A stretch of 64,000 nt of DNA. Source: Schizosaccharomyces osmophilus. Taxonomy: Eukaryota. The position numbers and the translations under genes were made by a program. Positions within the stretch are counted from its first letter, which is position 1. Every line of letters begins with the position of its first letter. Below the pieces are notes generated by a model, which was not told where the DNA came from, made no database searches, and saw only the letters and a program-made list of their open reading frames with translations. Positions 1 through 11,097 of the stretch are shown one piece after another. Location of the stretch: NCBI RefSeq assembly GCF_027921745.1, contig NC_079238.1:2852001-2916000 (forward strand), given 5' to 3'.

Positions 1-1308
1 GAGCGGATTGCAACCCAAATGGCTAAAGTTCGCGAAAATCGTGGTTTGTCCCCTATGCTTGAGGAACCTGATTTAGACGATATGGACGATTTTGAGACTG
101 ATGATTTTGCACCGGTCGCTGCTAAAAAGTCCGTGGAAAACATTATCCGAGTCACTGAAAAACAACTAAACACATTCTTAGACTACTGTTGGGAAAAGTA
201 CATGCGTGCTAAAGTCGAACCTGGCACAGCCGTGGGAGCTGTCGGGGCACAGTCTATTGGTGAACCTGGTACACAGATGACCCTGAAAACTTTCCATTTC
301 GCTGGTGTTGCTGCCCAGACTACACTTGGTGTACCCCGTATTAAAGAAATTATAAATGCTGCGAAAGCCATTAGTACTCCTATTATCACTGGTCAATTGG
401 TTAGTGCAGATGAACGCTCGGCGCGTGTTGTTAAGGGAAGAATTGAGAAAACATATCTTAAAGAAGTTACTACTTATATGGAAGAAGTTTATGGCCCTAT
501 GTCTGCATATATTGCCATTCAAGTAAATTATACCACTATTTCCAAGCTCCAGTTGGACATTACCTTAGCCGACATAGCAGCTGCTATATGGAGCGATCGA
601 AAGTTGAAGATTCCTTCTCAACAGGTTACCGTAAATAACACGCTTCAACAAATTCATGTTCATACTTCCTCTGAAGGTAAAAGTGGCGAGACTGAACTAT
701 ATTATCGCTTGCAAAATTACAAACGTGCTCTTCCTGATGTGATTGTGGCTGGCGTTCCTGAAATTAATCGTTCAGTCATTAATCAAGAAGATGGGAGGAT
801 TGAACTATTTATGGAGGGTTATGGTTTGCGTGAAGTAATGAATACTGAAGGTATAGTGGGTGATAAGACAACAACAAATCATGTTATGGAAATGAAAGCA
901 GTTTTGGGTATTGAGGCAGCTCGTACTTCAATTATCTCAGAAATTGGTTATACAATGGCTAAGCATGGTCTTACTGTGGATCCTCGCCACATTATGTTAT
1001 TGGGTGATGTTATGACTTGCAAAGGTGAAGTTTTGGGAATTACAAGATTTGGTGTATCCAAAATGAAAGATAGTGTACTAGCTTTGGCTTCATTTGAAAA
1101 AACGACTGATCACTTGTTTGATGCCGCCGCTCGATTTGCTAAGGATTCAATTGAAGGAATTAGCGAGTGTGTTGTATTAGGGAAATTAGCACCGATTGGT
1201 ACAAATGTTTTCCAACTTATTAGAAGGACTGAAGAGGATGAGGAACAGAAGCAAAAGCGTCTTCTGTTTGATACGCCTTCCTTGCCTCAACTGAAAATGG
1301 CTGCTTAA
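1..1308 (+). CDS. rpc1: RNA polymerase III largest subunit, 3' part (5' end outside window)
   Basis: Frame is open from base 1. Motifs GAQSIGEPGTQMTLKTFHFAG, TLGVPRIKEIINA, LGIEAAR, GITRFG, LASFEKT. No CTD heptads; Pol III-type sequence. Confidence 0.95.
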   Translation, partial: ERIATQMAKVRENRGLSPMLEEPDLDDMDDFETDDFAPVAAKKSVENIIRVTEKQLNTFLDYCWEKYMRAKVEPGTAVGAVGAQSIGEPGTQMTLKTFHFAGVAAQTTLGVPRIKEIINAAKAISTPIITGQLVSADERSARVVKGRIEKTYLKEVTTYMEEVYGPMSAYIAIQVNYTTISKLQLDITLADIAAAIWSDRKLKIPSQQVTVNNTLQQIHVHTSSEGKSGETELYYRLQNYKRALPDVIVAGVPEINRSVINQEDGRIELFMEGYGLREVMNTEGIVGDKTTTNHVMEMKAVLGIEAARTSIISEIGYTMAKHGLTVDPRHIMLLGDVMTCKGEVLGITRFGVSKMKDSVLALASFEKTTDHLFDAAARFAKDSIEGISECVVLGKLAPIGTNVFQLIRRTEEDEEQKQKRLLFDTPSLPQLKMAA

Positions 1309-1632
1309 TTCCTTACCGCTGCATTGTATAATACGAAGGCATTTTAAGGCTTCTAAATATTTGGTTATTAGGGATTTTATATTGGTTTTTTTTTGATTTA
1401 ATAATGATACATAGTAACTTTAGACTCGTTAACATAAATATAAAATAAAAGGATTTCCGGTATTAATTAATACATTAAGAGCTAAGGTAATTTAAAACTC
1501 CAAAACCGTATTATCACGAGGCCAGACGAATAAACGGCCTATGTACTGTACTTTTTTTGTCTGTTGATTAGAATGAAGTTTAATGAACTCGTTAATAAGT
1601 TGAAAACGTCTGCTACATATTAACAGGCAAAA

Positions 1633-2626
1633 TTAAGCAGCGACGTAGTTCGAGTATTTTTCGATTAAATTAGTGCAATACAAAAGCTTTTGAAGGTTGC
1701 ATATCATGGTAACCTGTAGTTTTTCATTCAAATATGTGTCACTAGGGACTTCCATGGAATCCAAAAGTCGACAAGCATGCGAAATGGACGACAAATCCTG
1801 CGGTGAAAATTGCGAGGGATCCTCAAGGCGGTTTATCAAATGTAAAGCACACGACTGAAGCTTTTCAACAGTAAATCTTTGAGAACTTGTATTTATGGAG
1901 TTTTCGTTTTCTGTCGAGTCGAGTTGTGACAAAGTTTGCAAGGCGGAAAAATAACCCGATGGATATTCACTGATTTTAAAAGGAACGCGAACGCAATTTT
2001 CACTGCGAATACTTTGAATGTTGTCAGGGATTTCATAGAACGTTAACTCATTCAAGTTGAAATTAGACGGGAAAAGAAGTAGAAACTTTAACTTCAAAAC
2101 ATTTGAGCTCTATAACGACTGTGTCAGCACAGCCCAATGGTAAGCTGCAACGTAGTCCAGAATTAATCGTTCGGCAAGTTTGGCAAACGTGCTTTAGGCA
2201 ATAATAAAACTTACCTGCTCTAAGAACGATATGACATTGTCATCAAGAGCATCTGCAAACAAAGCGTATCCAATAGGTGATGATCCCAAAAGTTTGCCTA
2301 ACGGGTTAACAAACTGCAACTTGCACTTACAAAGTAGTGTCCATACAGTGTTCGTTCTTCTCTGTAAAAAATGGTACATCTAAACTTCCATTCCTAGACA
2401 ATAACTCCACAGACTCTTGAATGGCAATAGAGAGACCAATTTCATGAGATGAATATAAGCCAGGACTAAGTTTTTTCCCGACAAGTAGTAAAGCTATGTC
2501 GGAAACAGGCACATTGTTGGCTTTATATCTCGAATGTAAAGCAGCTGCTTCGTATAAAACTGTCGATTCTCTATTTAGACATTAGGCTTTGACCATTGAG
2601 CATGCGCATACATACACGTAAATCAT
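1633..2626 (-). CDS. 4-exon, ~264-aa MPN-like protein; probable ortholog of signalosome-associated Csa1, Csn6-like
   Basis: Exons 2626-2616, 2570-2347, 2297-2215, 2109-1633. Introns GTATGT..CTAAT..TAG (45 nt), GTATGG..TTAAC..TAG (49 nt), GTAAGT..CTGAC..TAG (105 nt) join three short ORFs into one 795-nt frame. The csa1 assignment rests on recalled synteny only. Confidence 0.7.
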
Positions 2627-2968
2627 AATAAAAAAGAAAACAAAATCATAAAGAACCGTTTGCTTCAACGAGCAATAATTTGTGTAATAAGTACTTGGTA
2701 GAAATATCACGTCCCGTGGTTCAATAGAAGTAACGAAGTAACAGGCATAAATACAGGAAACACTATAAACGTGCAAAGTAAAACAGAAGAAGGAAGGTAA
2801 AATAAATAAAAGGTGAACCAAAGCTTGAATGGAGAAACAAAATGCAAAATCTCCTCAAAAACTACAAGTCCGAAGCCTTGTTTCATGCCCTCGGAAATAT
2901 ATAAACAGTAAAAGATATCAGCCCAGCTAAGAAATAGTCAAGGTGTATTGATAACTCGATCAACAAGA

Positions 2969-3853
2969 TCACCCAGGCGCATTCCCCAACGCGGGACTGT
3001 TGGGGTAGGTTCTCAGAAGTTTATGCATGCTGGTTTGTGAAATGTTTACTTGTTCCTCTAATTGAGCAGCTTTACCTTGCAATAAGGTAGTCTGCGATTC
3101 CAAACTTTGATTTGACGCATTATAAAGCTCTTGCTCTTCAATTGCAGAAGAGATATTCGACGCTGGGGACGAAGCGGCAGAGCAAGCACTATATGGGATA
3201 GATGAGAAATTCAAAACCATTTCCCGAGAAGTAGCAGAATTGCGAGCGTCCAAAGTGGGAGTAAAAAACCCAGAAGAAGCTGAGGACGAGGCCGAGGACG
3301 AAGATTTCGGTTTTTTTCGAAAAAATCCTTTCTTTTCCTGTGTATGCTCTGGAATATTCGTCGAAGATAAATTCTGGACATTTATTTCCTTTTTTTCAGC
3401 AATTACTCTTTGCAAACATAATATCCGACGCTGGAGGCTCTCCAACTCTGCATATTTTTGTTGCATGTCTATATAAGCGTTGACAAAAGCTTCGTGGAAC
3501 ATTTTCGTCTGCTTTTTGTTGAACCAAGATGTCCATCTTCCAAGGGCATCAGAAGTTAAAGGCTCATCGGCCTGTCCAAGACTGTCATCTCCATGAGCAC
3601 TACTTTCGTTTCCTGATGAAATTGTTGAAAAAGAAACAAATGAATTCCCTCGAAACAGTACTGTTCGGCGAGGCATTTCAAAATTGCACTCCGAAGTGCA
3701 AGAACTTTCCACTGGAATAACTTCCCAAGCTACAAAGCATTCAACAAATGTTGTATGCTCTGCGTAAGTCCAATCTCGATTACCCTTGCGAGGATCCTGG
3801 TTAGTGAAGGTGCAAATCATTGCGTTATGATGTTTTGCAAGTTGCAACATCAT
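2969..3853 (-). CDS. Schizosaccharomyces-specific Ser-rich/coiled-coil protein (Mug166-like by position)
   Basis: Long ORF; first ATG at 3853 (the TTG-started extension overlaps dot2). No recognised domain. Confidence 0.65.
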   Translation of the reverse strand: MMLQLAKHHNAMICTFTNQDPRKGNRDWTYAEHTTFVECFVAWEVIPVESSCTSECNFEMPRRTVLFRGNSFVSFSTISSGNESSAHGDDSLGQADEPLTSDALGRWTSWFNKKQTKMFHEAFVNAYIDMQQKYAELESLQRRILCLQRVIAEKKEINVQNLSSTNIPEHTQEKKGFFRKKPKSSSSASSSASSGFFTPTLDARNSATSREMVLNFSSIPYSACSAASSPASNISSAIEEQELYNASNQSLESQTTLLQGKAAQLEEQVNISQTSMHKLLRTYPNSPALGNAPG

Positions 3854-3986
3854 CGTTAAAGGATGCGTATTGTTTACGTGTGGGCCTTGAACATGTCGAA
3901 AACAGTACACGCGCTTGAATGAAAATAGAATCGCTCCGTATTGAATTCCGTTAATTTTTCTTGAATTAGTGAGGCTTCGTTTCTTC

Positions 3987-4782
3987 ATGCACAAAAGAGT
4001 TGGCATTGGTGCGCTAAACAAGGATCCTATCAAACAATATGAGCAAGTAGGCAATGAATTAATAGAGCAGCAGGCTGAAGAGATTGCTTCTCAGTTATCG
4101 ACGTTTCAGGAGGCTCTAAAAAACTTTGCTAAAGAGCATGCTGTTGAAATTCGCAACAATGCTGAATTTCGTAAAACATTTACAAAGTTGTCTCTGAAAA
4201 TTGGCTTAGATCCGCTAGTCAGCGGTTCGAGAGAATCTGCGTGGTCGGCTGTCGGCATGAATGAATTTTATCTACAAGTTGCTGTTCGTGTGGTTGAAGT
4301 TTGCCATGCAACACAACTGGAAAATGGAGGGCTAGTTTCTGGCAGTCGTGTTTGCGAATTTCTGAATGGCGAAAATGAAGCTTCAGGGTATGACTTGCTA
4401 ACGGAAGACGATATCGTTCGCGCCGTATTAGCTTTGAAACCCCTTGGTCCAGGCTGTGATATTGAAGAAATTGCCGGCAAGCGTTATATCAGGTCACTGC
4501 CATTGGAACTTAGCAAAGATCAGAATTTTGTGTTGGAAGCGGTTGAGGTACTTGGTTATGTCACTGCTTCCATACTAAAAGACAACTATGGTTGGGACCG
4601 GGGGCGATGCATCCACGTACTGGTATATTGAAAAAGTTTTACTTCTATTTTGCTAACTTGACATGCAGAATGACTTAGTTTCAAAATCACTTTTATGGGT
4701 TGACAATCAATCTATGGAAACTACCTACTGGGGAGCCAGTACATTACTTGATGAAAAATCAAATCAGATAGTCGAGTGGTAA
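3987..4782 (+). CDS. dot2: ESCRT-II subunit Snf8/Vps22/EAP30
   Basis: MHKRVGIGAL start; EAP30 motifs (IGLDPL, EFYLQVAVRVVEVC, NGGL, IRSLPLELSKDQ). Intron 4623-4668 (GTATAT..GCTAAC..CAG) restores the C-terminus NDLVSKSLLWVDNQ..YW. Confidence 0.92.
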
Positions 4783-4921
4783 ATTATAATATCTTTTTCT
4801 TATGATGCAGAGGCAGATGCCTTTTTTGTTTTTTTGTTTTTTTTTTTTTTTGAAAAGCAGAAACATAAAAAAATGAGCAACATATGTGATAAAACATGAT
4901 AAAACAGACACACAACAGGGA

Positions 4922-5620
4922 CTATGCTTTCAAAGACTTAGGAACATCAAAGGAAGACGGAGAGAACGGTGTAGTCATAAATACAAAATGAACTGGACGG
5001 TATCCTTGGTTTTGTAATTCGTGTTCCTCGTCATATGGCAGCAGATTAACCTGCTTCTGTGGTATCGGAAGTGTCTTAAGGCTAGTTGCTGAATACGCAC
5101 GAGCAGGATGACCGAAATTATGCCGATTGGAGTATCGTTGAAAAGAAGAAGGGACCCGTTTTTTTCTTTCTTTTTTTCGAGTATTTTTTACATAAACTAA
5201 ATTTACACGAACGTAAGCTTCTACTTGCTCTGTACGCAATGTAAGCGGCAAGATCGTTTCTTGGAGTCCCTCAGTCAAAGCTTCATCCAGAGAAATCTCA
5301 GCTTCACCTACTACATGGGGAATCGTATGACTACGAAATTGAAGACTGACGTTCAAAAGGGAAGAGGAGGTAAGAGTAGTGATGGCAAAGGAAGCTTTGT
5401 TGCTCAGTTTATGTTCGTTGATTCCCATGTGGGAAAGAGGAACACATTTCATAACCCCGGATAAGTTCATAAGGCACTGAAACGGTTTTGTTTCCATGGA
5501 ATGCTTGAAGATTGATTCATACTGGTTACGATATATCAAGCGTTTCCATTGAGGACTCCATTCTTCCCAATTTTCAGGTGTCACATAGATATGCAACCTC
5601 CCGAGTTCTATTGAACTCAT
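4922..5620 (-). CDS. Lineage-specific protein with a possible degenerate C2 domain
   Basis: 232-aa ATG ORF; LGRLHIYV and VVGEAEISLDEAL..LPL..AYVRVNLVY resemble C2 beta-strands; basic, Pro-rich tail. Confidence 0.7.
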   Translation of the reverse strand: MSSIELGRLHIYVTPENWEEWSPQWKRLIYRNQYESIFKHSMETKPFQCLMNLSGVMKCVPLSHMGINEHKLSNKASFAITTLTSSSLLNVSLQFRSHTIPHVVGEAEISLDEALTEGLQETILPLTLRTEQVEAYVRVNLVYVKNTRKKERKKRVPSSFQRYSNRHNFGHPARAYSATSLKTLPIPQKQVNLLPYDEEHELQNQGYRPVHFVFMTTPFSPSSFDVPKSLKA

Positions 5621-6693
5621 CGGTGATTTTGTTTTCGTACTTTTAATCCCTTAACAGTAAATTGATTATGTGGTGACAAAGGAAACAAATAGATATGAGA
5701 CATGACTCTTTACGACTTACCAGCCATCTTCATTTTTGTATGACCAGCAGAGAATGCCTGGTTGTTACCTGGATAAGTAACATTCTGTTTACTAAGGCAT
5801 TAAACCTTTGGTAATTTTTTCTAATTTATTCATTGTTTGATAGAGAAATATGTGACACTTGTTATAAGGATCCGTTATAACCAAAGCATGCCAATTTTAG
5901 GTCTCTCATCTGGGTAAAATATCCAGCACTAGAAAGGATTTTGGTTTTACCCACTGCCATAGGGAATCCGTGTGCTTTTCTTCGTTCCTTTTCCTTGAGT
6001 ATGAATGAAAAAAACTGCTGATTGTGTGTTGGACGTTACCAAACCAGATGAATACTGCCTTTACTGAATCTACGAAACAGATTACAAAATCGCATGCAAG
6101 CACAAATAAACTTTATGTTTCCAATAACATTTTGTTGTTTTTATTTCTTCATCTCTCTACTGTTACAACTACCTATCCCTCTATTCACGATTGCTTCTTA
6201 ATTCTTTATTTATGAATTAGATTTTGATTCAGGAGTAGTATAATGAAAAGTACAAGTTGCGTAGGAACAAGGCCGTACTCAGGGTTACCGGAAACCCACA
6301 AATATATAAATATTTACGAACGATTACTTTCTCCTGATGTGGGTCTTGGAAAAGTGAGGGACTTGGGTTGATTTTGAACACTCAAACTAAATGAGAGTTA
6401 TACGCAGTAATAGACAATAGAAGGTTACCTTGCTAGCTTTACTTTGTGCTTCTCACAAACCGATACGTGAAAAGTGAAAAGAGCAACTAAGGAGAAAAAG
6501 GAATTCTTCAAGACAGCCCAATAAGTTACGATCCCAACTTAACAAAAAACAAAAGGTAATAAGAGTATAAAATCGTTAATTGGCGGTCGGAGTTTGATAA
6601 GACAACCATGCTTTCGACTAGACTGAAGAAATTCGCCGACGTCAAAGGGGAAACCTCTAATAGCTCGCACGGTATAAACAATGCATTCATTTA

Positions 6694-7151
6694 TTATTGG
6701 GAGGCTGCACTGTTAAGAATTAAGCTTTTGTCGTAATGCAGGCGACCGTGAGCAAGGTTTTTGTCGCCTTAAATCATAAAACCTAAAGACTCGTAAAACC
6801 GGTTCAGGTAAACTTAGGCTCGGATTTTTATGAGTTTTGTTTCAGGATACTTCATTTTATCAGTAGGATGGCTTCTTGAGAAATCCTGCGTCCGTAGCCA
6901 TGTCCTCGAAAATCAGGGGAAATAATGACCCGTCCAATTCGAAACCCATCTGGTTCGCCAATGATTCTAGCATATGAAAGTAGCTTGTCTTTGTCATCTT
7001 TCTGCATCAGGTGGTCATATGCCAAGTCCACTTCGTCAACCTCTTGGTATGCACTTTTATAATTCGACAATAAACATCGCTGTCCTTATATGATAATAGA
7101 AAACAACCCTTTAGAAGTCAATTGATCGAAAGAAAATAATATCTTTTGCAT
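6694..7151 (-). pseudogene. Disrupted ElaA-family GNAT N-acetyltransferase
   Basis: Reconstruction across frameshifts (/) and stops (*): MQKILFSFDQLTSKGLFS/YHIRTAMFIVE/YKSAYQEVDEVDLAYDHLM..LLSYARII..RIGRVIISPDFRGHGYGRR..AILLI/MKYPETKLIKIRA*VYLNRFYESLGFMI*GDKNLAHGRLHYDK. About 3 frameshifts and 2 in-frame TAA (6814-6816, 6769-6771). Confidence 0.85.
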
Positions 7152-8303
7152 CGTAAACGTTCTATCCTACTGAATAGCAAAGATGAACAGATTTCAATTT
7201 CAGAGAAGCGCACATGGCTTACCAGGATCAAGATTCTTTCGTATAACAACGAAGTTCATTCTTTCATTTTACTGATTATTTATATTTTTTAGTTATCAGA
7301 TGATGATAGTAATTCTTAATGTTCACTTAAGGTTACTAGTTTCATTTATATCTCTCTCAAAAGATCATTGGGTTTCTCATTTGTTTCAAAAGCTTTTGCC
7401 GAATGTGACTCTTTATTCATTCTATTGGTATGCCATGAGTAACCTTAGTTGATTGTCAAAGAGCGAAAGTGTTTCTTCTATTTCAATCGTTTGAAAATCC
7501 TTATTTTTCCCAAAAGGTGAAAACTCCACACAGGTGCTGGGCTGGTTTGATTCAATCCAAGTTTATTTGATAGGCTTTACATATTTTCATGCTTTCTTTA
7601 TATATTCACTGAAAATGGTGGTATCCAACGTGAGAATTGAATAGAGTATGTTTATGATTCACTATTGTCTAGTCTTTTTTGGTGATATGCTTTTTTTGAC
7701 AAGGTTGCCTTTTCCTACCTTTGGATCGCTTGGATAAAATCTGCTATTTGTCACCTTTTCTCTTTCATGGAATTCGATTGATTTTTCTGGATTTTGACTA
7801 CTAGGTAGCTTTATTAGCGACTCATCTATCATTTCACTTTATTCTGTGTAGAGAAATATTGTTAGTGGTATTATTGTTGATTCTCACGTATTCTCGCTAC
7901 TCTTTTTTGATAAATGTGGTGAATGCAACTTTTCTCGTTTTCCTTCAATATTTATTTTCATTTACCATTTTCTTATAATAATTGCAATGAACGTCTTATG
8001 CCTACGTTCAAAAATGTAATATATTGTAGTAATGAATCTTTCGTTTGCCATACCCTTCACCTCATACAACATTCAGTCAGTCCACAAATTGTTGGTCAGT
8101 CCACATACTTCCCTTCGCAACAACTCCTTTCATTATCCTTTAAAAGAAATCAAAGTCAAATTTAGGTCTCTCAGTGTTGCTCAAATCGATTCTGTATTTG
8201 TGCAGATTTGTCATCGGTTTGAACATACCCCATAACCAAGCTGAAGATAATATTCCTGAAAAAATTGCACTTCTGGGGAGGTAGCGGTGGACGCATAAAC
8301 GAT

Positions 8304-9553
8304 ATGAAGAAGAAAGAGCTAAAAAAGCGAAAGGATGATGTGAAGGTCGGCTTGATAAATTTTGACTTGGACAGTTTATCACAATGTGGTAAAACAGGAC
8401 ATGGTTTTCTTATGAAAAGCTATCGAAAGTCAGCTTGTATGTTTAAGCATGAAGAAAACTCTTTTTTTTTATTTTTGACGAAGCTCGATTTTGCTAACGT
8501 ATGGTTTACAGGGACTCTTCTATGTGGGATTTCTTCACAAGACCGGATGGAATGCTTTGCGAAATCAGCCGTTCAATCTTCCTATGCGGACCAAGTCCAA
8601 GTACATTTGGATTCAGAACGTTCGTTTTTTCAGTATAAGCTGAATCCAATTCTGCTTCGAAAACATCGCTCACAGCTGATCAAATTACTAAGCACTATAT
8701 TCAAGCGCTACCCAGAGCTGTGCTACTATCAAGGTCTCCATGATATTGCACAAATTGTGTTGCTTACACTTCCTTACTCTCATGCTCTTCCTTTGATGGA
8801 GCACCTAATGTTTCACCGCCTACGAGGTATGTTACAAACAGCCCTCTTCCACCCTTTTATATGTGTACTAACTTTTTTGTAGACTTTATGCTTCCGACGC
8901 TTGACGCCACGATTAAGCAGCTACACCTCGTTTTGGAAATTATTCGATATCGTGATTTCACGCTCTACGAGTATTTAAAAAAGGCTGATGTACAGTGCTA
9001 TTTCGCACTATCTTGGCTAATTACATGGTTTGCACATGATATTTCTGAAATTTCTGTTGTGGGCAGACTGTTTGATTTCTTTATATCCTCCCATCCATCT
9101 GCGGTTGTGTATACCTGTGCTCAGATTGTTATGGACGATCGAAAGAAAATTTTAGATCTCTCATTGGATAATAATGGAGCGGATATACTCCATACGTATT
9201 TGTGTAAATTACCGTCGAAATGCGATGTTGAACAGCTCATCCAAAATACCTGCGCAACAATGTCAAGTATCGATATCACGTCCTTGCCGTTAGATAAGCT
9301 TAATATATCTCCTTTTAGTTCCCTTCGGAATCAAGGTCCACCTTGGGAATATTCGCACGACAAAAACGGCATGGTCGTATTTCGATTATTACGTGCTGAT
9401 CACCACGACAGTGGCATTTCTAAACAGGATTGGAAATTACCATTGTTTTTTCACGAAAATATCTTTACTGGATGCAATATGATAACAGCAATAACAGTTA
9501 TTGGGGTTGGTATCGTGGCCTCTCAATTAATGCCTAAGTCTTCTGTCAACTAA
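8304..9553 (+). CDS. gyp10: TBC-domain Rab GAP (TBC1D20/Gyp8 family)
   Basis: QVHLDSERSF, YYQGLHDI, FALSWLITWFAH, RLFDFF, C-terminal TM anchor. Introns 8437-8511 and 8827-8882. Confidence 0.9.
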
Positions 9554-10023
9554 TAATCGAGGCTTCTTTCCAAACTCAGTTTACTAACATGCGGTTTTTT
9601 TTACATCCGGTCGTTTTATTAATTTATATTCTGCTACTTATTTAATTTGGTTATCTTTTAATTCCGCATTGGATTGATCATAGAATGCTGCCAAATAGCG
9701 TTGGTATTTGCTTTTGTTTCTTTACAGCACCTCTTTTTCTGGAATGGTTTATTGGGGCTTCTCTTTTCTTATTTTTTATTATTATTCTTTTTTCCATTTT
9801 CTATTCTTCGTCCTGGGAATCCATAATGAATAGTGTCCTCGATATCTGTATTAATTTTGCATTAGGATTGCGTTAATCACATAAATATATTCGTTCGAAT
9901 GCCATATGAAAAAGGAGATGAGAGCATACTTTAAAATTGGTATACCAGTGCTTAGTTCAATATTTAATTACTTTCATCACCTAACGCAAAAGTCAATGTA
10001 TATAAAGATCTTTTATAAACTAT

Positions 10024-11097
10024 TTAGATAACAGGATATAGATCATTTCTTCGAAGTAAGGGAATAAACTTTCGTACATGTTCAACAAGGTTTAGTTCAA
10101 TGTTTGCGAAGATGAGGCCATTAGGTGATGCAAGGTCGCTGTATTGAGCAATAGTAGTTCCTGAACAGGTTAGTATAAAATGTAAATTCTTTAAAAATAC
10201 AAAGCTAGTTGACATACCCCAAGGATCGACAATCTATAGAAAAATGAGTACGTTAGTAAATTATGATAGACATATATGCACGTACCATTGCATGACCGTA
10301 ACTAGCTCTTTTCTCATTGTGGCTGCCCCCTTGAGCAGCAGCAAAAATATAAGACTGAGCATCAAGAGCACGGGCCCTAAGCAAAACCTCCCAATGGGCA
10401 GCTCCTGTTTTTTGGGTAAAAGCACTTGGGTATGTTATTATATCTGCACCCATGTTACGGAGCTTCAAGGCATGCTCTGGAAATCGTAAATCAAAGCATA
10501 TAGCGGATCCGACTTTTCCCAATGGAGTCTCAAAAGGAGGAAGAATTGCATTTCCGGGTACAGTGCTATTTGATTCCTTCAAAACCGGACCGTTCGCAAT
10601 GTCAACATCAAATAAATGGGCCTTGTTGTATCGCTGAACAATTCCTTTGTCGGGCACAATAAGAAGGGAGCTGTTTAGTAATTTGTTTTCAAAAGAGGAA
10701 GGTTCATGGACCCCAATCTAAAGTTCAGAAGGTAAGCAAAAATACAATCTCAAAAGCAGCCATAATAATTCCATACTTGTACATAAATTGAATGCTGTTT
10801 GGCTTCAGCGCATATTTGTTTAACAAAGGCTGAACAGTCAGGATGACGACTTAATTCTAAAGCCTCAGAGCTCTAGTAATTCAGTAAGTCAGTTCTCTGA
10901 AATATAAATAAAAATGGAATTTGTCGGTTGAGAAAAATATTGAGTCGTACATTATGAGCGATATAGTCAGAAGCTTCAGGAAAGAAAACGCATTTTGCTC
11001 CTTTGGATGCAGCCTCTGCAATTAGGTCTTTACATATCTTTGCGTTTTTTAAAATATTCGAAGTAGAGGTAATTTGAGCTACTGCTGCGAGCGACAT
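10024..11097 (-). CDS. nit1: Nit1-family carbon-nitrogen hydrolase (deaminated-glutathione amidase type)
   Basis: Exons 11097-10951, 10872-10777, 10717-10286, 10233-10218 (16-nt micro-exon), 10160-10024. Catalytic triad motifs FFPEASD, YNKAHLFD, ICFDLRFPE; also TGAAHWEVLLRARA. Confidence 0.88.

Noticed and set aside
6280..7445. Scattered GGTTAC hexamers resembling fission-yeast telomeric repeats
   Set aside because: Isolated copies with no tandem array; expected by chance.
7662..7832. 56-codon minus-strand ORF (MIDESLIKLPSS..) upstream of the ElaA pseudogene, a possible second decayed gene
   Set aside because: No recognisable motif, and no extension by plausible splicing or frameshift; length is compatible with chance.
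5621..8303. Possible Tf LTR or target-site duplication around the pseudogene
   Set aside because: No TG..CA-bounded repeat, direct repeats or gag/pol remnants could be recognised.
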